Of a stretch of DNA of 60,016 bases, positions 8,264 to 17,995 are shown piece by piece. The first letter of the stretch is position 1, and the number at the start of each line of letters is the position of its first letter. Position numbers and translations under genes: made by a program. Where the stretch lies: IMG/VR virus record IMGVR_UViG_3300045767_000001, positions 1-60,016 of that record; one strand, given 5' to 3'. Under the pieces are notes generated by a model that searched no databases, was not told the origin of the DNA, and saw only the letters and a program-made list of their open reading frames with translations. The DNA is from a virus (taxonomy: Duplodnaviria; Caudoviricetes).

Positions 8264-9160
8264 TCACATGGGGTATTCGAGTGCGTCGCCCATGATTTCC
8301 CTCATGGTGCCCAGCCAGTCGCTGATGCCGAAATAGGGACCGAAGCGTTCGTGGAAGACTTCGATGCGCACGGCATTCAGGATGAGATCAAAGACCTCGC
8401 CTACGTAGCGGCCCGCCACAAGGGGCGTTCCCTCGGCGAACGCCTCGCCGATGGCGAACTTGGGCTTCAGGTGGCAATACGCATCGGCCGCAGGGTCGAT
8501 GGCGGTGACCTTGGCTCGACCAATTTCGGTGCGGCGCCCGAGACGGAGCGGCCCTCCAATGGGCGTGAAGTGGTCGATTCTCATGTTGACCAGCTCCACG
8601 ACTTCGAGGTCCGAGTCCACCATCGCGGACCGCACTACGTGGAGGGTCTTGTGCTTGTCCTCGTTCGAGAGGATGTGCAGAAGCCAAAGCCCGTGATTCT
8701 CCGCCCGGTTCCCGTCCTTGTAGGGCTGAACTTCGATGACGAGACGGCGGGCGTCGCCCGCGAAGCGCCGGAGCGCTGCCGCTCCGCTTTGAGCGCTCCA
8801 GCCTGTGCCCTTCCGGTCCCGCTTCCAAAAACGTCCGCGGTTCTTGAAGATTGGGAACGTCGCTCGGGTACCGGGCGGAAGGTCGTGCCCGTAGTTTCGT
8901 TCCACGGCGAGCTGCCACGCCACGTGGTCGAGCGCCGAGTGGAGGTTGTGCAGAAGGTCGCCGATGACCGGCGCCCAGGTGTTGGGTGCATCCCGCTTGA
9001 TCTCTGCGTACCAAACCCGTTCGTCGGTCTGCGGATCATCCTCGCTGGTCAGCTCGTAAGTGCCCGGTTCTCTGAACCGCTCGATCGCCGCATTGAGCAT
9101 TTCCACGTGAAATGCTGCACGCCACATCTTAAGCGAGGCGCCTATCAACGGGTGCGTCAC
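8264..9160 (-). CDS. Conserved-looking helical protein, possibly HEPN-like
   Basis: GDLLHNLHSALDH, FPIF and LSNEDKH motifs; 298 aa. Confidence 0.6.
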   Translation of the reverse strand: MTHPLIGASLKMWRAAFHVEMLNAAIERFREPGTYELTSEDDPQTDERVWYAEIKRDAPNTWAPVIGDLLHNLHSALDHVAWQLAVERNYGHDLPPGTRATFPIFKNRGRFWKRDRKGTGWSAQSGAAALRRFAGDARRLVIEVQPYKDGNRAENHGLWLLHILSNEDKHKTLHVVRSAMVDSDLEVVELVNMRIDHFTPIGGPLRLGRRTEIGRAKVTAIDPAADAYCHLKPKFAIGEAFAEGTPLVAGRYVGEVFDLILNAVRIEVFHERFGPYFGISDWLGTMREIMGDALEYPM

Positions 9161-9219
9161 GCGCTACCCAAGCCACTGGTCGAAGAAGGCTGACCGAAAA
9201 CCAAGGAAGGCGGCTCCGG

Positions 9220-9474
9220 ATGAAACCCCTCCTGCTCACCCTCGGTGCCATACTGGCGCTTGTGCTACCTGTGCAGGCTGAGGCACAGCCTTACTTGACG
9301 GTCAAGCACGCCGAAGCCATCGTGATTCGAGCGGTGGGACCGGGCACGACGATAACGAGCTGCGGTCGGCTCTCGCGGACTCGCGTGGATTGCGGCTACT
9401 CAACGCCATCAGCAACCATCGGCCTTGAAACGGAAAACCCCGCCGCCCGCTTCTACAGTTCAATGGTTGTCTAA
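9220..9474 (+). CDS. Small secreted protein
   Basis: MKPLLL...AEA signal peptide; two Cys. Confidence 0.55.
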   Translation: MKPLLLTLGAILALVLPVQAEAQPYLTVKHAEAIVIRAVGPGTTITSCGRLSRTRVDCGYSTPSATIGLETENPAARFYSSMVV

Positions 9475-9491
9475 TGGCGCGATGACCAGAC

Positions 9492-9920
9492 TTACAGTGG
9501 AAGATAACTTGACCACAGCGTGACGGTGCCGCTGCCACCTGTGCTTTTTAGCTCCCACTTTGTACCGGCCGGAATAACGAGAGACACTGAACTTCGAAAA
9601 ATACCGGGTTTTTCCGTGGTTATCGTACCTACTTTGATGCCCCCAACTTTTATTTCGTAGCTCTGCGCGCCGCTGGTTTCTTGGAACACTTCAAGGAGAA
9701 CCTGAGTTGCGCGAGTAGATGAGGGTTCATATTCGGTCGCAAAAGCCCTTTCTACCTGCGCCCCGTAGACCCGTCCGGCAGCCACTTTATTGCCTTCATA
9801 GAGGGCTTTGTCTACATCTTCTGCGAGGTCTGCGAACCCCACGCCAATGTCATGGACGGGGTTTGCGCCCGTGAGTGCCCGGAGTTTGTAGTGGACGGTT
9901 TCGAAAAATGCGAGGGGCAT
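9492..9920 (-). CDS. Small tail/baseplate-associated protein (low GC)
   Basis: AGGAGG RBS; follows the baseplate genes; AT-rich codons. Confidence 0.65.
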   Translation of the reverse strand: MPLAFFETVHYKLRALTGANPVHDIGVGFADLAEDVDKALYEGNKVAAGRVYGAQVERAFATEYEPSSTRATQVLLEVFQETSGAQSYEIKVGGIKVGTITTEKPGIFRSSVSLVIPAGTKWELKSTGGSGTVTLWSSYLPL

Positions 9921-9932
9921 TGGCGCCTCCTA

Positions 9933-10706
9933 CTAAGTGATCTGGGCGAGTGTGCAACTTTCGATCAAAGCGGCTTCCGCGACGCTTTCGATCAGCAGCG
10001 TGCCCTCGTCGATGTACGGGTCGGTGGCGAGCGGTTCTTCGGTCACGACGTATTCGGGCACCAGCCCTGCAGGCTTGGCGGCGTTGACGCGGGCTTCCAT
10101 CTGCGCGAGGTTGTCTTCCGGCGTGAGCTGGTAGCCATGGCAGAGCACCGTGAAATAGTAGGCGTTCGATTCCCCGTCGGCACGCTCGCGTTCTAGGAGT
10201 TCATACTGTGTGGCGATGTTCACGACCGTCAGATGGGTGGTGGCAAAGCTCGATCCGGACGTGAAGTTGGCGGTCACTTCGTAGCAAGTCGTGGCCACGC
10301 CTTCGGTGTGCCTGACGAGCTGCCCTTTCAGGTAGGCCGTGTCGGCTGTCCAGAAGGGCGCGATAGCACCTTCGATCGCCGCGACCACGCTCGCCCGTGT
10401 CCCGCGTTCGGTGCCGGCTTTCGCCTTCACCAACGCGCGCGCTTCAGCTTCGGGCGTGCCCTTCGGGATTTCCACGCCGACGAAGCACCCGAGGTATGGG
10501 AGCGCGGCGGCCGGGCAGAGGTCGGGGTCGAAGACCTTGCCCCATGCGGCCACCCAGTCGGGTTCGCCTTCCGAGCCTTCTTCTTCGATCAGCTCGAGCA
10601 GGGCGTCATAGCCCATCGCCCCGATCGCTTCGCAGACGATCGACAGACTCGGAGTCATCCATGGCTGGAGGGCCTCTTCGAGACGCTCGGTGAACAGGCC
10701 GCTCAT
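9933..10706 (-). CDS. Baseplate wedge protein (P2 gpI-like)
   Basis: DPDLCPAAALPYLG.FVGV, RGT and KPAGL motifs; ATGA overlap with the J-like gene. Confidence 0.75.
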   Translation of the reverse strand: MSGLFTERLEEALQPWMTPSLSIVCEAIGAMGYDALLELIEEEGSEGEPDWVAAWGKVFDPDLCPAAALPYLGCFVGVEIPKGTPEAEARALVKAKAGTERGTRASVVAAIEGAIAPFWTADTAYLKGQLVRHTEGVATTCYEVTANFTSGSSFATTHLTVVNIATQYELLERERADGESNAYYFTVLCHGYQLTPEDNLAQMEARVNAAKPAGLVPEYVVTEEPLATDPYIDEGTLLIESVAEAALIESCTLAQIT

Positions 10707-11902
10707 TCGTAGGAGCCTTCGATGGTCGCGCCCGTCGCGTAGGGCAAGACGACTGGGCCGCCGCTGAGGGTGATGTCGAGCGTTTCCGTCGGCGACGCGC
10801 TGGTGCCGATCGCAAGCCCGGTCGCCCCATCGAACACGTAGGCCACGCCCAAGGACGGCTGGGCGATGGCGCCGAGCACCGTGTTGTAACGCAGGAGCGT
10901 TTCGAGTACCCACTGCTGCGAGCCGGTCGTGGCGCCCTGCTGGCGACCCCAGTTCTTCTTGCTGATGAGGCTTTCGATCGCCGTGTTGACGGAGGCCACG
11001 ACCGCCGCGCCGCTGTAGTCCTCCAGTGGATGGATCTTGTACTTCACGTGGATGGCCTCGTAGACCGGCGACTTCACGGGAGCGATGAAGTTCGCCGCCA
11101 GATAGCTTTTGAGCCATTCTTCGATCTTGGTGAGCTGTTCGCTGGTGAGCGCTTCGCCTTCCGGCCCCGTCACCCACGATGAGGTGCAGAACGCCACTCC
11201 GCTTTCGGAGGTGCTCGCGTCATAGAGGTCTTTCGAGACGGCCCGTCCGACCTTGATCCCGGCGACCGTCTCGGGGACGCCGAGCAGGAACGGCGCGAAG
11301 TCCCCGGCATTCACCGGCCGCGGTGCCTGGAGCGCGAGCTCGGCTGCGAGGCGTTCCTGGTATTCGGTGTCGGTTTCCTGGTCTGAGCCGCCGCCCGTTT
11401 CGCCTTCGAGCGTGATTTCTTTCAGCCAGTCGATAGCTTCGACCGCTTCCGCGACACCCGAGAGGTCGTTGTATTCGCTGCCGAAGCTCTCGGCTACCAG
11501 CCTGACTTTCGCGGTCGTTTTCCCCGCTTCGACTTCGACTTCTTTTTCGACGTAGAAACCGGTGTTGGCGATCGTGACCTGCAGGCCCTGCGGGATCGTG
11601 TGCGGCCCCACGGTGCTGGTCGTGAACAGCGCGCTCACCGACGCGCGGGCGCCTTCGTTGTACGGCACGTTCTCCAGCTTCGTCCCGAACCTGCGGAACA
11701 CCGCTTCGGCAACGGTCGCCGCGATGCTGCCGGTGTCCGCCCACAACGGGCCGAGGGCTTCAATCGCGATCGTCAGGATGTCGTTCGTCGAGGGCTGCCA
11801 GCCCGGATAGATCGTTTGCATCCTCGCGGTCAGCCGTTCGAGGGCCTGCGCGACCGCTTCGCTCGAGCTGGTGGACACCTGGAGATTGACGAACCCACCC
11901 AC
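10703..11902 (-). CDS. Baseplate J-like protein
   Basis: IPQG, GSEYN and GGSDQETDTEYQER hallmark motifs. Confidence 0.88.
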   Translation of the reverse strand: MGGFVNLQVSTSSSEAVAQALERLTARMQTIYPGWQPSTNDILTIAIEALGPLWADTGSIAATVAEAVFRRFGTKLENVPYNEGARASVSALFTTSTVGPHTIPQGLQVTIANTGFYVEKEVEVEAGKTTAKVRLVAESFGSEYNDLSGVAEAVEAIDWLKEITLEGETGGGSDQETDTEYQERLAAELALQAPRPVNAGDFAPFLLGVPETVAGIKVGRAVSKDLYDASTSESGVAFCTSSWVTGPEGEALTSEQLTKIEEWLKSYLAANFIAPVKSPVYEAIHVKYKIHPLEDYSGAAVVASVNTAIESLISKKNWGRQQGATTGSQQWVLETLLRYNTVLGAIAQPSLGVAYVFDGATGLAIGTSASPTETLDITLSGGPVVLPYATGATIEGSYE

Positions 11903-11912
11903 GGGCGGCCTC

Positions 11913-12209
11913 CTATTCGACGGCTATCGTGATCTGCGCTTCACCGACGGCCGCGAGGTGCTGGGAGAGTTCGAGGTTCGCCCGCGGTTCCCAACGGTGC
12001 AGCGCTTCCTCCAGCGCCGTCAGGTCGAGCGGCAGCGTCTGCCAGAGCAGCGACGGGATGCCGTATTCCGGCAGATCGTCACGGAAGCCCTGGGGGCAGA
12101 CCGCGACATTGTAGATGTGCGCTGCGTCCGCCTCGACGGAGCCCTGTTCGACCGTCTCCGTACCGTTCTTGCCGATCGTGAACGGCACCCCGCACTGAGG
12201 GAGTTCCAT
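11913..12209 (-). CDS. Baseplate wedge gp25/gpW-like protein
   Basis: GFRDDLPEYGI...WEPR motif. Confidence 0.8.
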   Translation of the reverse strand: MELPQCGVPFTIGKNGTETVEQGSVEADAAHIYNVAVCPQGFRDDLPEYGIPSLLWQTLPLDLTALEEALHRWEPRANLELSQHLAAVGEAQITIAVE

Positions 12210-12210
12210 G

Positions 12211-12492
12211 TCAGCTCCATTCCCCGTCCCACCAGACGACGGTCGGCACTTCGTTGGCGCTCATCACGACAGTGCATTCGGCGCCCTGCGCCGGCAGCGT
12301 GCCCCCGTGGATTGCCCCCCAGCGTTCGCACTTGTAGGGCGCCTCAGCGGAGTAGGAGGGGACGATCACCCACAGCGGGTCGGCGAACGAGCTGGGCGCC
12401 GGCCGGTTCCATGAGAGTTTGCCGTCAACGACCGGCGGGTGGGGGTTCGGGCCCGAGTTGTTCGTGAGGCCGCGGCCGGCTTGGTTCGCCAT
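12211..12492 (-). CDS. Putative baseplate spike/gpV-like small protein
   Basis: LPAQGAECTVV OB-like segment; position between hub and gp25. Confidence 0.5.
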   Translation of the reverse strand: MANQAGRGLTNNSGPNPHPPVVDGKLSWNRPAPSSFADPLWVIVPSYSAEAPYKCERWGAIHGGTLPAQGAECTVVMSANEVPTVVWWDGEWS

Positions 12493-12541
12493 CGGGCTCC
12501 CTAATAGCTAACAGGCTAGCTGTTAATGTATGCTGGCAGCG

Positions 12542-12814
12542 ATGAGGTGGGGCAGCATAGAGCGGCGGCATGGGGTAGATGACCCGGGCTATGCGCCTCC
12601 TGCGGCAGAGCCGGAAATGGAGGCGCCCGCGCCCGCTCGCCATACCCTCGAACCATGGGAGGGTGCGCTCGCGCTTTTGCTGCCTATCGCTGCGCCCGTG
12701 CTCGCTATCTGGCGCTTCGGTCGTGGCGATGTAGGGCCGGGGATCGCAGACCTGATGCTTGGCTCAGTAGGGTTCCTCGCGGCGATCGTGTTGACCACCC
12801 TACTGGCCCATTGA
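12542..12814 (+). CDS. Small 2-TM membrane protein, paralogue B (moron)
   Basis: Paralogue of 7806..8132; TATGCT lies 7 nt before the ATG; TAACAG-N5-CTGTTA inverted repeat at 12509..12525. Confidence 0.7.
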   Translation: MRWGSIERRHGVDDPGYAPPAAEPEMEAPAPARHTLEPWEGALALLLPIAAPVLAIWRFGRGDVGPGIADLMLGSVGFLAAIVLTTLLAH

Positions 12815-12831
12815 AACTGATCGCCCTCACG

Positions 12832-15033
12832 TCAGGGCTTGGCGTGGACTTCAGTCGAGTATTCGCCACGTAGCCGCCAGGCGACGCCTTCTCCGCCGAT
12901 CGCCGGGCCAGCGCCTATGCCGAGGTTCCCTTCGCCCCACGCCGGCCCCTCGGCGAGTCCTACGGCTGGGTCCTCCATGCCGATCGCCTGACCGTTGCCG
13001 ATGTAGATAACGACATGCTCAGGGCTCGCTTCGTTCGAGCCGTAGAAGATCAGGTCGCCGGGGACCGGGTTCGACGTCTTGATCATGTGCGCGATCATCG
13101 AGGTAGTGTTCCCGATCGGCGAGTAGTCCTGGTCGGACGGGTCGGGCATCCCCGCTTCCTTGTAGGCAAGAGTCGCGAAGCTTGAGCAATCCATCCGCCG
13201 CGGCGCGGTGCCGAACAGCGTCCCGTTGTTTTCACGCGCGGGGATCTGCTGGGTGTATTCGTACTTCTCGCGTTCGCTATATGCCTTCTCGGCCTGTTCG
13301 ACGACAGCCTGCACGCCGGTGATCTGCGTGCCGACGGTCCCGGTCGCCGAGGCCGCGGGCTCCGGGTAGGGCAGCAGCGGCGGCGCGAGCGTCAGCGTGG
13401 TGTACGGGCCTTCGATGTAGTTGCGCAGCGCGTCGATGACGACCCAACGGCCGTTGAACGTCCCCGAGTCGCGGATGATGAAGATGTCGCCGCCCTGGTA
13501 CTCCAGCGGTTCGCAGATCAGCGGTATCCGCAGCTCCGTCGGCGTCGCCGGTTCGGCGAGCTTCGAGGACACGGCGACCTGGCCTTTGACGCGGTGCGTG
13601 GCCTGCCACTGGTAGGTCGTGTCATCCCAGGTACCGAGCAGGCCCTGGACGATCACGCCCGTCGTCACCTTCCCGGTGTGCGCGTTGCGGACCGTGTTGG
13701 TGGGGATTTGGAGGTACGCAGCCGGTTTCTGGCGGACCTCATCGAAATAGTCCAGATAGTAGAAGAAGCGGCCCCGCTGGTAGGTCGTGAGATTCAAGCC
13801 GGACGTGAATGCCGACCATCTGACCTGCTGCGCGAGCCGCTCAATCGCGTCCCAGTAGTCTTCATATGGGTCCTGGGGGGTGCCGACCGTGAGCTGGCCA
13901 ACATCGCTCTCGCCGGTCGTGTCACCCGAGCCCTGAAAGAGCCTCGCGCCCCTGACGCCGCCGCCTTCGATGATGAGCGCCTGCGCCTCCGGCAGGAACT
14001 TGTCATATTCAGCCTCGGCCGCATAGGCGTTTTCAGGCCACATCGACGGTTTCCCGACGTTCACCGCGATTTCGACCGGGTTGTTCGACGTGCGCGAGAG
14101 CATGATCGCGCCGCCGTCCTGAAAGCCCTTGCCGCCGAACAGGAACGCTTCGGCCATCTGCGCCGTTTCGCTCGCGTAGTTCGGCCAGGTGCCCACGGCC
14201 CCAGAGAGCACGCCCGCATAGCTGCCGTTGCTGGCGCTCGCGTCCAGTTTCGACTCGGCGATTGCCGCGAACAGCAGCGCTTCGACCGCGACGAGCGGCG
14301 CCTTGGCCTTCTGCGCGGTCGCGAGCAGGACGTTGGCGACTTCGCGCTGTTCTTCGGTCATTGGCTGACCGCCGACCTGGAGTTCTGAGTTCTTGCCGAG
14401 AGCCGGGCTCTTGTTCGCCCGCGCCTTTTCGTCCGCCTTGTCCCTGCCGGTCAGGGTTTCCTGGCCGAGTTCGTTCTTGCCGGTGAGCGTTTCCTTCTTT
14501 TCGGCGACCGTTTCTTCGACTTCCTGAAGCACCTCGAGCGACGGAATCACGGCCCGGATCGCTTCGTGGCCATAGCCTTCGTGGCTGAGACGCAGGTTCG
14601 TCTTGTCGATCAGCGCCTTGATGAACTGAGCGCGAGTCTGAGTGCCTGCCGGCACCACCGTGTAGCGGACTTCTTCTCGGAGCCATGCAACGATCCGGTC
14701 CTGGAAGACGAGCGTCAGGTTCGGCTGGGTCAGGTCATTGGAGACTTCGACCGAGCAAAAGCGCCACCACCAGTTAGAGCCTTCGGGAAATTCAACGTCG
14801 ACCTTGTCGAGCTTTTCTTCGGCGACCGCCACGAATTCGCTCGTCAGCAGCCGGTAGTAGGGGTCGATCAGTTTGACCTTGATGAACGGCGGCCCGCCCG
14901 TCTCGGTCTCTATTTCGACCTCGCTGATCGCTTCGGCGAGTTCTAGTTCATCGACCTTGCCTTTCGCCGTCGTGGCGATGCGTTTGGCGAGGAAGTGGGC
15001 GACCGCAGTGCGGTCCGGGGTTGCTTCGCCCAT
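12832..15033 (-). CDS. Baseplate hub / tail-associated hydrolase with C-terminal NlpC/P60 domain
   Basis: DCSSF...PGDLIFYG...HVVIYIGNG NlpC/P60 motif; central lysozyme-like AIAES segment. Confidence 0.8.
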   Translation of the reverse strand: MGEATPDRTAVAHFLAKRIATTAKGKVDELELAEAISEVEIETETGGPPFIKVKLIDPYYRLLTSEFVAVAEEKLDKVDVEFPEGSNWWWRFCSVEVSNDLTQPNLTLVFQDRIVAWLREEVRYTVVPAGTQTRAQFIKALIDKTNLRLSHEGYGHEAIRAVIPSLEVLQEVEETVAEKKETLTGKNELGQETLTGRDKADEKARANKSPALGKNSELQVGGQPMTEEQREVANVLLATAQKAKAPLVAVEALLFAAIAESKLDASASNGSYAGVLSGAVGTWPNYASETAQMAEAFLFGGKGFQDGGAIMLSRTSNNPVEIAVNVGKPSMWPENAYAAEAEYDKFLPEAQALIIEGGGVRGARLFQGSGDTTGESDVGQLTVGTPQDPYEDYWDAIERLAQQVRWSAFTSGLNLTTYQRGRFFYYLDYFDEVRQKPAAYLQIPTNTVRNAHTGKVTTGVIVQGLLGTWDDTTYQWQATHRVKGQVAVSSKLAEPATPTELRIPLICEPLEYQGGDIFIIRDSGTFNGRWVVIDALRNYIEGPYTTLTLAPPLLPYPEPAASATGTVGTQITGVQAVVEQAEKAYSEREKYEYTQQIPARENNGTLFGTAPRRMDCSSFATLAYKEAGMPDPSDQDYSPIGNTTSMIAHMIKTSNPVPGDLIFYGSNEASPEHVVIYIGNGQAIGMEDPAVGLAEGPAWGEGNLGIGAGPAIGGEGVAWRLRGEYSTEVHAKP

Positions 15034-15872
15034 CAGAAGCGTTTGCTCGTCGCTGATTCAGGCACACGGATTTTCGCGCCGCGCGGCAGGTTCTTCTTCA
15101 CTGACGCCCCGTACTTGGTGTTCGCCTGCTGGATTTCCTTCGCCGCCTGGGGTATCTGTGCGGGGTCGGCGCGGTTGAAGTGCCCGGCGATCTTTGAGAA
15201 CGTGTTGATGTTGTCGCCGACGGTGAACGTCTGGAAGGTTTCTTCCTGCTTGCGCAGAATGTTCACACGGTTAGCGACCGAGTCTGAGGTGTCCGCCGAG
15301 GTGCCCTCGTACTGGAGGAGCGTGAGGTTCGCGGCCTGGCGCAGCCGCTTGCCAGCGCCGGACCCAGCCGAGCCCTTGCGGATCGGCGTGAGCCATTCCC
15401 GCCCGAGCATGTTGTAGTCGATCGGGTTCTGGAGAACATAGTAGAGGGTGCCTTCGCGTCCTTTCGCCGACTGCATCCAGGCGGGGATGAGGCCCGAGTC
15501 GCTCGCGAGTTCGATGAGCGGCGGTTCGCCGACGCCCGGGGCCCCCGGCTTGTTCTGGAACAGCGGGCCGCGGCCACCGAACCATTCGAGGATCGCGACG
15601 AGCCCCTCGACGTCTTCGAGTCCCAGCGAGCCGGCGTCCATCAGCAGCGGCAGCGTGATCGTGTACGGCGGGTAGCCTTCGAGGTTCGTGATCGAGGTTC
15701 GCTGGCGGCGCTGCACCTCGGCCCACTTCGCCCAGCCTTCCGTCGGGGTCGCGCCTTCTCCGCCGACGATCGCGGTTAGGGTGTGTTCTTCGAGCTCGTA
15801 GCCGTTCCCACGGCCGGGTGTGAGGCCGCCGAGCTTGCCGGTCAAGGTTGCGAGATGCGCGGGCGTCGTCAT
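15033..15872 (-). CDS. Tail tube initiator / LysM-like tail protein
   Basis: C-terminal TVGD...FSKIA...IQQAN...LPRGAKIRVP LysM-like pattern; follows the tape measure. Confidence 0.65.
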   Translation of the reverse strand: MTTPAHLATLTGKLGGLTPGRGNGYELEEHTLTAIVGGEGATPTEGWAKWAEVQRRQRTSITNLEGYPPYTITLPLLMDAGSLGLEDVEGLVAILEWFGGRGPLFQNKPGAPGVGEPPLIELASDSGLIPAWMQSAKGREGTLYYVLQNPIDYNMLGREWLTPIRKGSAGSGAGKRLRQAANLTLLQYEGTSADTSDSVANRVNILRKQEETFQTFTVGDNINTFSKIAGHFNRADPAQIPQAAKEIQQANTKYGASVKKNLPRGAKIRVPESATSKRF

Positions 15873-17422
15873 CCGTGGCCCACGCTGCGTTTCAGGCCCT
15901 GGCGTTCGACGCCCTCGGTCAGGAAGCGCATCGCCTTCGGGTTCAGCGCCAGTATCTCACCGACCTTCGCACCGTCGAGGTGCATCTCGCCAGCGATCTG
16001 GTTGCCGGACTGGCCGCTCTCATGCAGGCGAAGGATCGCGTTGCGTATCCCGATCAGCTCACGTAGCAGCTCGCCCTCTTTCGTCTCCGGGGCAGCCCTT
16101 CCACCGGCGAACGTGTGCAACGGCACGCTCGAGAACGCCCTGGTGACGCCGGTTGTGAGCGCCCGTTCGAGTTCCGCGGTGGATGGCGCCAGCGGCTTGC
16201 CGGTGAGGGCTTCGCCTCCCTTGCGGAACCCGAGTCCGGTTGCGAACGGCAACGCTGCCCCGGCAGCGAAGACCGCTGCTGCTGGCGCGGCGTAGGGGTG
16301 TTCCTTCACGTACTTGAAGCCGCCTTTGGCGAGCTTCCCGGCGGTGCTCGCGGCTTTGCCTGGGTGTTTCAGCGTGTGGATTCCGGCGAATGCCGCCAGG
16401 GCCGCTCCGAGGCCGCCGGCCCCGATGGGGATGTCGAACGCCTTGCCCATCTCTTCGAGGAACTTGACGGTGTCCTTGCCGGCGACGGCGATCCCCTTCA
16501 GATCGTTCTCGAGGCCACCCCACGCGCCCTTGCCGGCTTTGATTTCCTTGATCACCCCGGCGAACGCGTGCTCGGCCTTGATCAGCGCCGGCTCGACTGC
16601 GGTTCCGATCGTGAACTCCAGTCCTTCCCACGCGAGCTTCGATTCGCCTTGTGCGGCGAGCATTTCGTTCATCACGTTCTTGCCGCCCTTGAGGGTAGGA
16701 AAGAACTCTTCCGCCTCCCGGCGGTAGTGGTTGAGGCTGAGCGCACCGCCTTCGAGGACGGGCAGCAGCGCCGTTCCCCCGCGCCCGAATATCTCGCCTG
16801 CGATCGTGGTCTTCGCGAGGCCAGACTTCATGCCTTCGAGCTTTTCGGTGATCGTCTGAAACTGCTTTTCCGGGCTCTCGCCGCGGAGCTTGACGAGACT
16901 GACGCCGAGCTTGTCGAAGGCTTCGGCCTGGACGCTCAGCAGTCCCGTGTAAACCTTGCCCTGTGCCCGCGCCTTCTCCTGGCTGGTCGCGAAGGTGTAC
17001 TCGCCGCGTTCGGCGGTCTGGACGGCTTTGCCGAGCGCCTTGTAGCCTTTGACGACCGCTTCGGTGCCAACGCCCCTCGCCTTCAACGCGGCCACATAGT
17101 CGAGCGACGCCTTGGCGCCCATGCCCGTCGTCGCGCGGAAGCTCTCCGTTTCTTTGACGAGCGTGCTGGTGTTGGAGATCAGGCTCTCCACACCGAAGCC
17201 GACCCCGATGGTGCCGAGCGCGCCGACCGCGAGCCCGATCATGTTTTTCAGGCCGCCGAACGCACCGCCGAGATTCTGGAGCGAGCCCTTGAGGCCATCA
17301 CTGGATTTTTTCGTTTTGTCCAGCGACTTGTCGGTCTTTTCGCCCTCCTTGCCGACCTCTTCTATCTTCTTGATCGCGCCCTCGTCATCGACGACGAGAC
17401 GCCACTCGATCTCCTTAGCCAT
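15869..17422 (-). CDS. Tape measure protein (short, 517 aa)
   Basis: Ala/Gly/Lys-rich helical; IFGRGGTALLP and LDGAKVG motifs; position. Confidence 0.8.
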   Translation of the reverse strand: MAKEIEWRLVVDDEGAIKKIEEVGKEGEKTDKSLDKTKKSSDGLKGSLQNLGGAFGGLKNMIGLAVGALGTIGVGFGVESLISNTSTLVKETESFRATTGMGAKASLDYVAALKARGVGTEAVVKGYKALGKAVQTAERGEYTFATSQEKARAQGKVYTGLLSVQAEAFDKLGVSLVKLRGESPEKQFQTITEKLEGMKSGLAKTTIAGEIFGRGGTALLPVLEGGALSLNHYRREAEEFFPTLKGGKNVMNEMLAAQGESKLAWEGLEFTIGTAVEPALIKAEHAFAGVIKEIKAGKGAWGGLENDLKGIAVAGKDTVKFLEEMGKAFDIPIGAGGLGAALAAFAGIHTLKHPGKAASTAGKLAKGGFKYVKEHPYAAPAAAVFAAGAALPFATGLGFRKGGEALTGKPLAPSTAELERALTTGVTRAFSSVPLHTFAGGRAAPETKEGELLRELIGIRNAILRLHESGQSGNQIAGEMHLDGAKVGEILALNPKAMRFLTEGVERQGLKRSVGHG

Positions 17423-17850
17423 CAGAGTTTCACCGTGTCGATCGACCGCGCCACGGCGGCTTCGACCCGTTTCTTCACGTCGCCCTCACGGTGCGCGACA
17501 GCGGGCGCCACGTAGGGGTGCATCGGCTGGTCCTGCCAGTTGCCTCTATCGCCGAAGACGGGATGGCGAAACTTCCCCTTGCTCCGGCCGCCCTTGTTGC
17601 CCAGCTCGAGCAGTCCGGCGATCGGCACATCGGGCGAGCCGGCAAGCACTTTGACTTCGACCTGGCGCGATGTGATGCCAGTGCGTACTTTGATCGTCTT
17701 GCCCGCAGTCTTGGAGACAGCGTCGGCGCGCTGGCGGGCGTCTGAGGCGATCATCTCGCCAGCGCCTTTCAGTTCGCTGCGCAGCTCCTTGCGCACCTCT
17801 CGATCCCACTTCTTGATCGCGCGGATGGTCGGCTTGAATCCCTCCTCCAT
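17422..17850 (-). CDS. HK97 gp10-like tail completion protein
   Basis: LELG...QPMHPYVAPAV basic motif. Confidence 0.65.
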   Translation of the reverse strand: MEEGFKPTIRAIKKWDREVRKELRSELKGAGEMIASDARQRADAVSKTAGKTIKVRTGITSRQVEVKVLAGSPDVPIAGLLELGNKGGRSKGKFRHPVFGDRGNWQDQPMHPYVAPAVAHREGDVKKRVEAAVARSIDTVKL

Positions 17851-17995
17851 CACCGCCTCCGTTCATGCTCGATGATGGCTTCGGCCTGCCGCAGTTCGGC
17901 TTCCAGGTAGGGAACGTAGCCGGGGTCGGAGTCGAGGTCGTGACTGTAGAGGTCGTGCTTCAGACCGTAGAGCGAGCAGCGTGCGCCGAGCCACG

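Noticed and set aside
16115-17515. Long plus-strand ORFs opposite structural genes (also 27996..29111, 32604..33926, 33442..34602)
   Set aside because: Antisense shadows expected in high-GC coding DNA; no motifs or RBSs.
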